Source: Eledone cirrhosa (lineage: Eukaryota). From it: DNA of 64,000 bases. The stretch spans positions 38,378,001-38,442,000 of the forward strand of contig OZ024743.1 of NCBI GenBank assembly GCA_964016885.1, given 5' to 3'. Shown piece after piece: positions 49,560 through 64,000 of the stretch. Both the position numbers and the translations under genes were made by a program. The notes beneath the pieces were generated by a model. The model saw only the letters and a program-made list of their open reading frames with translations. It was not told the origin of the DNA and did no database searches. The first letter of the stretch is position 1; each line of letters starts with the position of its first letter.

Positions 49560-51400
49560 TGTTTAAGAAATGCTATAGTCTTTAAAAAAGAACTGGGGTA
49601 TAGTGACATACTTTGGCAGCCAGTAATAAATAATAAGATGCAGTAGAATGTTATGAAAGAATAGAGGAAGTATATGTAACGCAGAGAATAAAAGGAAGAA
49701 CCTAGTTGAGGTATACAGATAAGAGGAAATTTACCGACGTCTTGTTACTAAATGCTTGTTCCAGGTAGTAGTTAAAGGATCCGATGGAACTTTGTGAGGC
49801 CCACTGAGGATAGTTTTTGATATTTTCTGCTCGCTATTAATTAGGGATTGTAACGTTAAGTCTAAAGTGGCTAAGGCGATGCGCTAGAATACCATTCGCA
49901 ATCACATCATTGGTTGGTTTGTATTTAAGTACGATATATGGTTACATAATGGTACATATATATGTCTGAGAAATTAAGGGATAGGAGATTTTGATAAATT
50001 ATTCTTATCGGCCGATGATAGGGAATAATTCTTTATCTATAATTGTAGCTTGGTGGATATCAATGGTTAACATTTCAAAAATGTTTTAAAGAGATTATGC
50101 AATTGCAATTATTCTAACTTGCTAATGCGATTACAGATGCTCTAATTATCGTTGGGAACAAGGATCTTATACTGGTGATGATGAAGGGAATTTAATATAG
50201 GTAATCTCTAAGGATGAACATGTCAAGGATAAGCAAGCATGTTTCGTAATCAATCGATATCTCTTCGTGGATAGTTTAGGCTTAAATTGAAAGTTGTTAG
50301 CTTGGTAAAAATGCAATTAAGGGAGGTTGGATAAGACTGTTGGTGGGAGATCAAAGCATGATAGGCTCGGGGTAGAGCAGTATTTGTGTAGGTTTTGTAA
50401 CGGTAGATAAGGCAGCAGGAGATGCTGTAGTACTTTGCAAATATTACTAAGTGCTGGTTTTGTTGAGGGAAATACGATGTGATATTAATTATAGCTTAAG
50501 TGGAAATCGAACCCACGAGATGGTGTCGAGGAATATCACTCCGAATGTAGAACGGCACAAATTAGATGCGGAGGTTTGAATAGTTGTGATTTTGGAGGAT
50601 AAGAATGATTATATTTCAATAATGTTCTGTATCACATAATTACATAGGACACTGTACCAATGTATATTTACAGCTAGGGCTAGAAGCTGCACAAATAGAC
50701 GGAGCTATTTTAGTTAATGAAGATAGAGTGAAGATTAAGGCGTACATTAGTAATAACGTGATGCTATTCTTATAAATAGTAGAATAAATATGAGATGGAA
50801 GAGAGGATAGACTACTGAGATTTTGGCTAGATGAGATAGAATAAGGGTGATAAACACCATGCACATGTTCATCTGTACACTATATACGAATGTGGGACTA
50901 AATATGGTTGAGAAAGAGTTATGTATGATAAAACACAGTTTACGGAGAGAAATTTAGGTATTTCTTTTAGCAGCAGGGAGGCTTTCATGACTAGAATATG
51001 TTACAGCATGAACATTTGTATAAAGTGATCGGATTAACATAAAATAAGGCTTATGTTACCTTTGCTGGCAGTCTATCCAAGATATCAGGTGTTTATTAAG
51101 AGGCAGAAACTGCAGTTAGTCCCAGGTGGATTTGTATTTATCCTCCTCTCACATCGTCTATTTAGAAAGGTTAACAAATGTAAGGAGAATACGCCTGATA
51201 GAAAGTTCGAGTGGATTCCGTAGATACATTGGCAATAAATTTGTTCCGAACTACAGGCATCTTGAAGGCTTACTACATAAAGTCTACCCGGATAGCTTAG
51301 AGGCGAAAAGGAATGGTTACGACGTTAAGATGGTCAAATAATTGACGAATATATTAAAAAGAACAGGAGTTCGATATTGACGAGGATTTAGAATACATGT
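49560..51400 (+). mobile_element. Ancient, heavily decayed Naiad-like PLE (N-terminal GIY-YIG, CxC linker, RT)
   Basis: Plus-strand remnants in the expected order: EC..YV (about 49640), CNC..YTGD (50098-50180), VTVDKAAGDAVVLCKYY (50397-50447), LHRTLYQCIFTARARSCT (about 50640), TLY (about 50880). Confidence 0.55.
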
Positions 51401-52078
51401 GAGAGAACGACGAGAGAGAGAGAGAGAGATAGAGATAGAGAGATAGAGAAATATATAGAGAGAGGGAATGAGAAAGAGAGAGAGAGAGAGGGAGAGAGAA
51501 AAAGAGATTATGTACATATCAGTTTATCCTTCACTTTTCTATAAATTAAAAGCACTGACTAATTGATAACAGTTTTACAAACTAAATCATGATATATTCC
51601 GCATGACGGTTCAAGTGTGTCTATCTACCATACATTGGTGGTGATTTGGATGTCAAAATAGGGTCATCGGTGATGTTTTGTGGTTTTACTTTTATCATTA
51701 GTGTCATGCATCCCTCCCTTACATATAGACTTGGACAGACTCAGTTTCAGGAAGTATTGCTTGTAAGGGCCTCTGATTGGCTTCCACAAAATAAGGTAGT
51801 TCTGATATGGGTTTCAGAGAGGAACTTTCCATGATTGCCCTAGCCATCACAATCAGTCTTCGTTTTCTTTTTGATAGTTTTCTAAACTGCCACATGGTAT
51901 ATGAGTTATGTATGCATGATTTTGTAACTCTAAGTGTAGTCGTAGTGGTCATGTATGGACATACGGCGTTTCTATTGCAATTTCTATACCTGGCGGGGCC
52001 CATCTCTTCTCTCGGTTTGAATACAGCAAATGTCTTCCAGAAAAGGATAGAACTTGAGAGAGGGAGAAAGTGAGCGAG

Positions 52079-52143
<65 letters not shown>

Positions 52144-52552
52144 GAGACAGAGAGAGACAGAGACAGAGAGAAAGAGAGAAGAGAGAGAGAGAGAGAGATC
52201 CGAGGCGAATATAGCAAAGAAATCTTTCTGGCCTTCTAACGACTCTGCCAATTCACCGCAATTATACGAGCAAGAGCTGATCACTCTTATTTTATTTTGA
52301 TTTGTCTTATGTAAATCTCGTTTTCAAATTTGTTTATCGTACTTGCATTGTTTTGGCTTTCCCATAACATTCTTAAACTAGAATATTTGTTAAAAGCTAT
52401 GCTATCAATACGTACTCACACATTCACGCACAGACACTCGCAGACACACATATAAACATACACACACAAACACACACACACATATATATCTGTCGATCAG
52501 CGCAAATCACTGATCTTCTGGGGATTTTCATATTAAATATGATAAATAGAAA

Positions 52553-53770
52553 ATTGCCGGAGATTACCGATGGTTTATATAGGGACGACATTTTATTTAC
52601 GGTTGTCAAACACAACAATATTGAACTAAATAAAGAAAGAAAAATATAATTTAATTCTTTAAAATGTATGACCTTAAGCTAGAAGTAGAAAGTGGTGCCA
52701 AAATAGTTAATTTCCTTGATATTACGTTTAACTTAAACTCTGGTTTTTATTACCCTGTCCATAAGCCCAATGAAAACTTAAATTACGTTAGTTATTACTC
52801 CAATCACCCTAAATCAGTAAAAAAAGCAAATGTAAATAGTGTGCAAAAACGCATTAATAGAATATCGGCCAATAACGTAATATTTGATGAAAGTGCAGAT
52901 ATTACAATGAAGCGCTAAAAAGAGCAGGCTATGAAAATAATATAGAATATGTAGATAATAATAGTCCAAGTTTAAATCCTGATGAAAATAATGGCATATA
53001 TAAATGAAATTCTATAAATTCTAGTAATTATAATTCAAACACCTATACTGTGAACAAATCGAGGAAAAGAACCAGAACCAAATCAGTTATATGGTTTACC
53101 ACAACCCCCTGCTACTGTAGCCGTAAGAACACCAATAGCTAACCTATTCTTTAAATTTTTGGATAGCTCTTTCCCTAGTCAACATACATACCATTCCATT
53201 TTTAATAGACACACTAGTAAATTATCTTATTCTACAACTATGAATATGGCCCAAATCATTGCTAAAATACACAGTAAAATTCTAAATCAAAATCAACATA
53301 ATGATATTAATAATAGTGTTAACATAAATAATGATACATCAAAATGTAATTGTAGAAATAAACCAGATTGCCCTCTGCAAAATAATTGTTTGGGTAGTAA
53401 TTTGGTGTATAAATGCACCGTAAAAACAGATAACAACACATACAACTACACAGGGGCGACTTTTTCTACATTTAAGGCTAGATTTGCGAATCGTAAATGC
53501 TCATTCTCGAATTCTAATAGAATATCTTCGACTTCTTTATTACAAATTATATGGTCATTAAAAGACAAACATTTAAAATACTGGATCTTTTGGACGAAAT
53601 TTTGTAATAGTGGAGTTTATCTCAACTCAAGTATATCAATTAACTGCGGCCTCTGTACTAAGGAGACCCTATTAATAATTAATAATTATGAAAACCTAAT
53701 TAACAAAAAAAGTGAATTATTCCCAAACTACCTTCATAAAAATTTTTTCTGCATTCCAAGCTTCGCATAA
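52553..53770 (+). mobile_element. Hydra-like PLE fragment (RT C-terminal part plus GIY-YIG)
   Basis: GLYRDD, VNFLDITFNL, YYPVHKPN, SNHP, KLSYSTTMNM, CNCRNKPDCPLQNNCL..LVYKCTV..YTG..FKARF, CGLCTKE. Confidence 0.9.
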
Positions 53771-54256
53771 CGTCAGGAAAAAACAGTAAGCAACTAAGCC
53801 TGGTTTTAGACGTACATCATCAACTGTTGAACATATAAATCATAACGGCTTATAAAACTCTAATAATGCTTTATCTTCTAATCAACTATAATGGAACTAA
53901 TGTTTGAATGAGTGACACTTGTTTAATAACTTGTTTGCTGGATGGATATGCATAATCTATGGTTTTTTGGATATTTTTAACTTTGATTCAGACCTTTATT
54001 TTTCTATCTCTGTTTTAAATATATAGTTTAGATATCTAACCTGTACATTTTACTGACTTTAATTTGAACTGCGGATCATTCATGCGTTTTATATATATGT
54101 ATGTATGTTTCTTTATATATATATATATATATTACTTATTTTGAGATGGTTTTTGAGGACTCAGAAAGTTGGTTTTGCGCTTTGCTTTTTATGTATATTT
54201 AACAAACTATATTGGCAGAAAAATATTGGTTTATCTCTTCACTGAACTGGAGGTGG

Positions 54257-54856
54257 AACTACTAACAGAGTTTATAATCGCTATTTTTTATTTTTTATTG
54301 GATTATACCGTTTCATTGACATCTAGTATATCAATGTATAGTTTGTGCAAATGTCTTTATCTAGTATAATGACATAACCGTAGTTACACATATATGAAAC
54401 TACTAACAGGGATTATAATCGGTATTCTTTGGTAAATGTATACCGTTTCATTAATACTTAATATATCTCTATATATAGTTTGTACAAATATATTTATATT
54501 GTATAATAACATAATCATAGTTACATTTGTATAAAACTAATAACAATGATTATAATTACGATTTTTATTGAATGTTTACCATCTCATTAATACCTAATAC
54601 ATCTATATATAGTGTTATACAAATATTTGTATCTAGGATAATAACATAATCATAGTTACACTTATATAGATAAAGTAAACACCCAAATGACATTATTATA
54701 AGTGTTTGGTCTTCCCTGGAAGGTCGAACTTATATAATCATTTACTTAATATAATATATGAACTAATAATAAATTATAGTTCGGTTTTCTCCAGAAGGTC
54801 GAACTTATATAATCACTTACTTAATATAATATATGAACAAATAATAAATTATAGTC
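54257..54856. repeat. AT-rich tandem repeats: three diverged units of about 137 bp, then two units of about 74 bp
   Basis: AACTACTAACAG..ATAGTTACA repeats start near 54257, 54398 and 54534. GAAGGTCGAACTTATATAATCA occurs twice (near 54719 and 54794). Confidence 0.8.
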
Positions 54857-55611
54857 TTGGTATTATGATCAATACACACATATATATAGCTGAAAACTCT
54901 GACCTCTTTAGGTTTAATTATAAGACCTGCTACTAATACTTTAGGCACTTTAACCATTTAACAATAAATTCCTTAATAGTTATAACTGTAAATATCTCAT
55001 AAATTATATTATAGAAAATGTTGTCAGTGTTATAAGTAATTTTGTTAAAGATTACCTTTGTGGGATTATTGAACATTATATGTATAATTTCTTTCTTTCG
55101 CGGGCTTCGTAAATCCTTTAAATTTGTCTTCATAAAATTTAGAATTTTAGAAATTTAACATAATTATATAATAATATTAATAAAAATACCCATCAACTTC
55201 TAAAACCTAAAATGTTGATTCTTTACCCTGAAATAACATAAATTAAATACTTAGAAATTTAACCGCCAAAGCTATATGTGTTTATGTGTGTCTAAAGAAA
55301 TTTGAGCATATATTACTACCCTTTGTCTCTCCCTCTCTTTAATTATCTATCATTTGTCTGCTCAAGCTAAATACTAAATAAGTTATAGCTTCAGATACGT
55401 CTTCCTCTATACTTTCCTTTACCGCATAGTTCTATAGTAGTATTTCAAATTCTATAACTGTTGCATTAAGGCATTTTTTTTCGTACTCACACTCTCTCTA
55501 ATGATTCTATTACGTTTTCTCATGTTCTCAATATTAGGGTATACATATTGAGTTTTCTCATAAGTTAATCTTAACCATCTAACATGTCAGGGTATGTCAT
55601 GTATCATTTTA

Positions 55612-55673
55612 TTTTATCCGATGAGGACTACTGTTAAACTTAATTCAGTACCTCTGAAATATGTATAATAAAA
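55612..55673 (+). ncRNA. Decayed hammerhead-like motif just upstream of (TA)n
   Basis: UUUUAU-CCGAUGA-..UACUG..CAGUA..-GAAA UAUGUA UA-AUAAAA. Confidence 0.4.
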
Positions 55674-55714
55674 TGTAATTGATCTCCAGAATATCTATGT
55701 TGTTAATACTTGAA

Positions 55715-55785
<71 letters not shown>

Positions 55786-56660
55786 ATAAGTTGATACGTA
55801 GATAGATGGATAGATATAATTTTTTTCGCAAATTTAAATAAGGTTCTTGGTGCATTAAATAGAGAGGGTAAATACTTTATTTTAGAGGGTATTGACCTCT
55901 ACATGATAAACAATATTTCATCGGAATGAAAAGGGCAAGGTCTTGTGAAAGTCATTTCCATCTGAAATAATATAATATATATATAACTTCTGTTTTTATT
56001 ATTTTCTAAATTTGATACGTTATTTATTTGATTTACACGTGTTTCATCTCATTTGGATATTACTCACAATATCCTTATAAAGAAATCATCAGGATCAATT
56101 ACATATGTAACATATTAAAAAGTGTTTAATTACTTGTGGAGGTATTTATTCCCTTACTGGATATTTCAGCTGTAAATTGTAAATCATTTTATTTCAGGTT
56201 ATGGAATGTTAGGATTGCCAGAATTATTTAACGGTGCTTTTCATAATAGTTGTTCTACCTGGTATTACCAGCCTTTATATTCTAATATTAATATAGTCCC
56301 TGTTTGTCATTAGTGCAAACATATTGGTATTTACTGAAGTTATAATCAAATTTAAACTGAATACATACATTTTCAGCGTTAATGTTATGAAGTCTATAGA
56401 AGCAAGTATGGGCTAAAATGATCTCGGATTTATCAGCGATTGTTTTATTAGGTTAGCTATATATACCTATTTACTTTACAAATATTTGTAGCCACCAGCT
56501 ACTCCGATTCGTGCATGTAGCCAAACTATATATGTACGGACCCCCACAGCAATACGCACATATATATACATACGCACATATACATACATACACCTATACT
56601 ATCAGACACATATGTCTTCACACACACACACACACGCACAGACACACACTCACAAACATT

Positions 56661-56762
<102 letters not shown>

Positions 56763-57189
56763 CATACGTGTGTGTGTGTGTGTGTGTGTTTGCACAGACG
56801 AAAATTTGTACGTGTATACTTGTATACTTGCATGTATATGTTGAGAAATTGTGAAAATTTGTCGACTGAATTAAGTGAAGAGATGTCACATGTAATTGCC
56901 GGCCGAGTAAAGAGAAGATTAATGAAACTAAAATATTATAAACAACTGCTACAAACGAGAAAGAATAATTATTGAAAATAAAATATTTTCAGAAAAATAC
57001 TGAAGTGTTTGCCATCGCTTTTTTAGAAAAGCGTCCATACATATTTAACCACATAATAAAGTATGATTGATTTTCCAAACGTCACACAAATTATGAGATA
57101 AGATGACACATAATTGATGTTACTTATAATTTGATGCCATGCTTTATATTACTGCTGGTAATATGAACGTGAAAAACATTCTAATCTAT

Positions 57190-57264
<75 letters not shown>

Positions 57265-57333
57265 TTGTGTGTGTACGTGTATGTGTTTGTGTGTGTGTGT
57301 GTGTGTGTATTTGTGTGTGTACGTGTATGTGTT

Positions 57334-57409
<76 letters not shown>

Positions 57410-58392
57410 TATATATATATATGTACATATCTATATATATATATTTATACATATGTATTTGTGTGTGCATGTGCGTGAGTATGTGTGCGTATGCGCGTGG
57501 TTTTATATACTTATATATAAATATATACATAATTGTAGTTGAAACTGCATTTCAAATGTTATATTTCTTTCTAATGATTGTGAAAACGTAGTTACTAGAC
57601 ACATGATCAGTCATTTTATGAAATAAAATATTGCACAAAAATAAATCCAGTAGAATCGAATCAAAGAATACTGAATAACATTATTTTTTACTTCAGCATA
57701 TAGTGGATTTCTTATAGCTAATTTAATGTCTAATTAATATTATTTTGACGACTATGTTGTTGAAGAAAGAAGAATCTTTTTATTTATTCATTCTAATAAA
57801 TACCTTATGTTAATATATGTCCCCAGTTCCAGCGAATAAGAATGAAGTAACTATGGGAATAGTAGTGAAGTTTCATGAAAATCACATTTTGCCTTTGTTA
57901 ATAAATGACACTTTTAACAACAGTGTTAGTGATAATGTAATCTACGTGTTTGGGGTGACAATAATGTTCCCTGCCTGGGTCATACAAGTACCTAATAAAT
58001 AAGAATAATAAAAATGCATAAGCAACATCGTCTGTGAGAGCATGTGCTTGTTTCATCTACTTCAGGTCCGATGGCATGTGTCTTAATTGATTGAGTCAGC
58101 CCGTTCGTTAAATTACCTTCTAGGGGTCGATCATTACCCAAACACGTGAAACGTTAAACTATTTTCCCGTAAATTCAGTGCGATACGATGTGGAAAATTG
58201 TAAACACTTTGAATAGGTGGTAACAGGCATGTTTGATAGGTGAGCTGAGCGGGACAATGTGCAATAAAGTGTATTGCTCGAAATATATGACATGCAGGTG
58301 AAAATCGGTTAAAAGACTAAAAGGGGAACGTCCACACTTTCAGATTTAGTATAAATGGAATGCACAAAAATAATGCATTATTTCAACCTGAA

Positions 58393-58592
58393 AGGGCGGT
58401 GGATAGGCTGTATCGATAGAGGGTCGGACGCTATGCTTTGCAGCAAAGAGTTACGGCGCTTTATGTTCTGACTTCAAATCCCACCGAGGTTACCTTGCCT
58501 TTCATCCTTACGGGGTCGATTAAATAAAGTACTAGTAATGTACTGGGATAATTTGATTGCTGGCCTTGTATCAAAAGAAGCAACAATTATTT
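58393..58592 (+). mobile_element. tRNA-derived SINE
   Basis: Same family (TTCAAATCCCACCGAGGTTACCTTGCCTTTCATCCTTACGGGGTCGAT). Confidence 0.85.
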
Positions 58593-58984
58593 CAAACTGA
58601 AATAAAACAGAATAATAAAAAAAATGCAATTATAAACAAACCTTCTAAAATATTCCTCCATGTTCATGGTCTGATAGTGGTTGACCATGGTCACACCCTT
58701 AATTCAGTATAATGTTTATATAGTTTTACCATCTCTGAACACTGACACCGTCAAGTTACAGTTCAATTTATGTTTCGTTTCTTAATTGGTTCTTTTTCAA
58801 ATTATTAAATATGACCATATCTTATAATGAAATGCTTGGTCTTTGAATTCAGTTTATATTGTTAGTGTGTTGAGACGTTAACTCTTGATGGACTCGTACC
58901 AGAGTCAGCATTATATCTTGCCGAAGCTCATCTCTCTCTCCCTGTTTGAGCACTACATATTTTTTCCAGCGAGAGAGTGTGTGT

Positions 58985-59065
58985 CTGAGACAGAGAAAGA
59001 GATAGATATATATATATATATATAGAGATAGAGATAGATAGTGTGAGAGAGAGATAGATAGTGTG

Positions 59066-59104
<39 letters not shown>

Positions 59105-59105
59105 T

Positions 59106-59190
<85 letters not shown>

Positions 59191-59211
59191 GAGAGAGAGA
59201 GATAGAGAGAG

Positions 59212-59282
<71 letters not shown>
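58985..59282. repeat. (GA)n-rich microsatellite
   Basis: Visible directly. Similar tracts occur at 51411-51503 and 52080-52198. Confidence 0.95.
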
Positions 59283-59284
<2 letters not shown>

Positions 59285-59686
59285 GGTGAGAGAGGGTAAA
59301 GGAGCGAAAACAGACAAGAATGAGAAACTTGTTAGATCCATCAACCCCTGCGCTGGACAAGTCTATTTTTTATCCCTCTCAAAAAGAGGAACGGCAAAAC
59401 TACGTCGTTTCACGTCGATTATTTACCTTGATATTGCTAACTGAAGGTGTGGTTTAGGGATCTTCGTAAAAGGCGCATATAAATGTATGGTAAAGGATTT
59501 AACTGTAAACATATTAAAAACAATGCATTTTATGGCATTATAATGCCTTTTAGTGAAATTTTTAGACTAAAGTTACCGCCATAAATATACGCGCTCATGT
59601 ACATAAACACATACACTCACATAATCACACCGGCACATATATATATATTAATCTCTGTATCTCTGTATCTCACTATCTCTCTCTGT

Positions 59687-59730
<44 letters not shown>

Positions 59731-59872
59731 ATGTGTGTGTATGTGTCAGTGCAATGCATACGACGGTGTAGCCACATGAAACTTGTTAAACAGGTTATAA
59801 GTTATTGAAAATGTACACCTCCTTAAATACTTGAATTGCATTTTATAATGTTCAACTTACTTTTCCTACACA

Positions 59873-59949
<77 letters not shown>

Positions 59950-59954
<5 letters not shown>

Positions 59955-60075
59955 AACCAGTAAGACCCCGACAGCTGAGCTCAAGCCGTTTCGACGGCTA
60001 ATTCTGGACTTAAGAGTCCAGAATTAGCCGTCGAAACGGCTTGAGCTCAGCTGTCGGGGTCTTACTGGTTCCTAT
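59950..60075. repeat. Perfect hairpin, 61-bp arms and 4-nt loop, containing the 3' half of a hammerhead
   Basis: 59950-60010 is the exact reverse complement of 60015-60075, with loop TAAG. The insert continues to 60152 and has (TA)n on both sides. Confidence 0.95.
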
Positions 60076-60151
60076 TACCCACTCTACTACCTCAAGTATT
60101 GAGTACTTTGGTGCGTTATGGTCCACCTGGTTCCTTACCACATTTCCTTCG

Positions 60152-60191
<40 letters not shown>

Positions 60192-60796
60192 TCGTGTATG
60201 TGTGTGTGTGTGTGTGTATAAACATAATATCGGTTTTCAAATATAATTACTCCTCTACATCAATTTGAAGAACGTTAACGCCTCACAGATATCTGTCGAT
60301 ATTGGTACAGTGAAAAGCCATCTTATATAAAGAGAACATGGAAAGTAAATAAGTTGCTTGAACAAGAAAATAGTATTTACTTAAAATTAGTTATGACTTG
60401 TGCAGTGGCATATACCGAGACAGCTGATTCTGACTTGGAATAAATCTGCTTAATCGCAATTAAATTGATAATTAAGGTGTCAGGATTTGAGCATTTATCG
60501 GTAGGTCAATAGCTGTTAATTAATTAATATATCAGTTAGATAATACTCATTAAATTGATCCAGTGAATATCTTCGTTGGAGTGTCAATTCTGGAAATCAA
60601 TTTACATATCAGTTAATCAATACTTAAAAAAATATACCCATCCTATATACAAGAGAACTAACCATCCATAGATACGTGCGGGATGAGACTTTGCCACGTG
60701 CTCCCTCCTTCTCACTATATATAATAGCCCCCTCCGCATACACACATACACACACACACACACACGCACACATATATATATATATATATATATATA

Positions 60797-61558
<762 letters not shown>

Positions 61559-62744
61559 TACATACATACATACAAACACACTACTATTTTCGACACATTA
61601 ATAAATCTTAAAATCTCTATATTACACTCCAACACATAATACAATATTACTGCAGTACTACATTTCCACAAACACGTAGTTGATCTAAAAATTCATATTT
61701 ACATCTGGGAGTTATTTCCCTATGTTTTACGACGTTATCTTTCTTTAAACAAGCGTTCTTAGCCATATTTCCATTTAACAGTTTATTATAAACTTGTATT
61801 AGCGCCTGAAGAAAGTATAATAATTTGATGCTTCTTGTTTTCTGGAAGCATGGTCAAATTTGGATCTTGAAAACTTGGCTTTAGCCTTTGTTCCGTGTAT
61901 GTACATAAATAAATAATATAATATTTATGCTCCTCTCTTTGAAATTCAGCACTGTCTTCCTTTTTTCCTTTTCCTATCTACGGATATTACTACACACATA
62001 CACGCGTTTATACTCTGACACACACAACCAAACACACGCACACCCTGAAAGACTTCAGTACATATACATCGGAGTATGTACACATACACAGGCACTCACG
62101 TTCACAAACATTATAGCATACTATATATACACACATGGCGCATAGGGGCTTGCAGCATACATGCACACAAATTTAACCATGCACACACTCTTACAAATGA
62201 CCTCCAATATTCAGATACATTTTCATGAACATACATACACTCATTAACAGGCACATCCACTTATGTACACATATAGTTTAATACAAGATATAGGCCCACA
62301 CTTAAACCGAACAATATAACAACACAATAATCAGACATGCACATCACATACACACAGCTTATACGCATAAAGTATGCACACATAGAAAACACACAAAGCC
62401 CACACGATCACAGATATATCTTTATCTGATACAAATTTGACACACGAAATTCCATTATGTTGGACAGACATTTTAAGGCATGTATTATCATAATGGTAAC
62501 ACTTTGTATTGGTCATCGTACTGTATCGAGTTACAAATTTTAGTTCTCTAATTAAAAATATGCAAAAGCTGAAAAAAATGTTCCCTGTATATATATATGT
62601 GTATTTACAACATTGTACCATCACGAAGGAAAAGAAATATGCTTTAAAACATGAAGTGCATAATAAACTGTTCTCCTCTGTTGTATCGGATAATACGTTA
62701 TTACTGAAGTAATATATGTTACTATGCTTTGGGTTCAAATTTAT

Positions 62745-63770
<1,026 letters not shown>

Positions 63771-64000
63771 CGTGTGTGCCTCTTTCTCCATCTCTCTTTT
63801 AAAAGCCCTTTACCTCTTTCCATTTTTCGTAGATATATTATACAAAATAATAGTGAAACTGTCTCGAAGGTATTCGTTGAACTCAGAGAGCAGAAATACA
63901 AATATTATTTCTAAGGGAGAAATAATTAATTATTCAGCAATATTTATTTTTGATATGGTCTATTTCATCCATTAATTCCGCAAAATATGTTACGATTATT

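Noticed and set aside
57800-57991. Strong minus-strand acceptor followed by YLYDPGREHYCHPKHVDY...
   Set aside because: All frames stop within about 30 codons and no homology is recognisable.
61803-61840. CTGAAGA hammerhead-like start
   Set aside because: No GAAA and no stem I/III pairing. The same applies to weak candidates near 3430-3478, 46943 and 54152.

Overview
AT-rich, microsatellite-laden eukaryotic DNA, most likely from an octopod cephalopod (it carries many copies of a tRNA-derived SINE matching my recollection of the octopus OK-type SINE). It is intergenic or intronic: only one convincing host coding exon is visible (9167-9459, minus strand, product unknown). Most of the window is retroelement-derived: RTE-like LINE fragments, a Helentron-associated (HINE-like) element, and Penelope-like elements (PLEs) resembling four clades (Hydra-, Neptune-, Nematis- and Naiad-like). 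The most striking content is about 20 type-I hammerhead ribozyme (HHR) motifs, intact to decayed, from roughly a dozen unrelated sequence families. Three adjacent elements at 41.1-46.7 kb encode no RT or endonuclease. Two are tandem repeats (528 nt and about 452-487 nt units) with one HHR per unit, and the third is a 1.94-kb unit with terminal direct repeats and one HHR. They look like retrozymes or non-autonomous PLEs that could produce self-cleaved, circularisable RNAs. Many of these elements share one insertion geometry: two head-to-head arms whose 3' ends usually both sit in (TA)n tracts. All structures and clade calls were made by eye and none are computationally verified. Most short ORFs in the supplied track are microsatellite artefacts.
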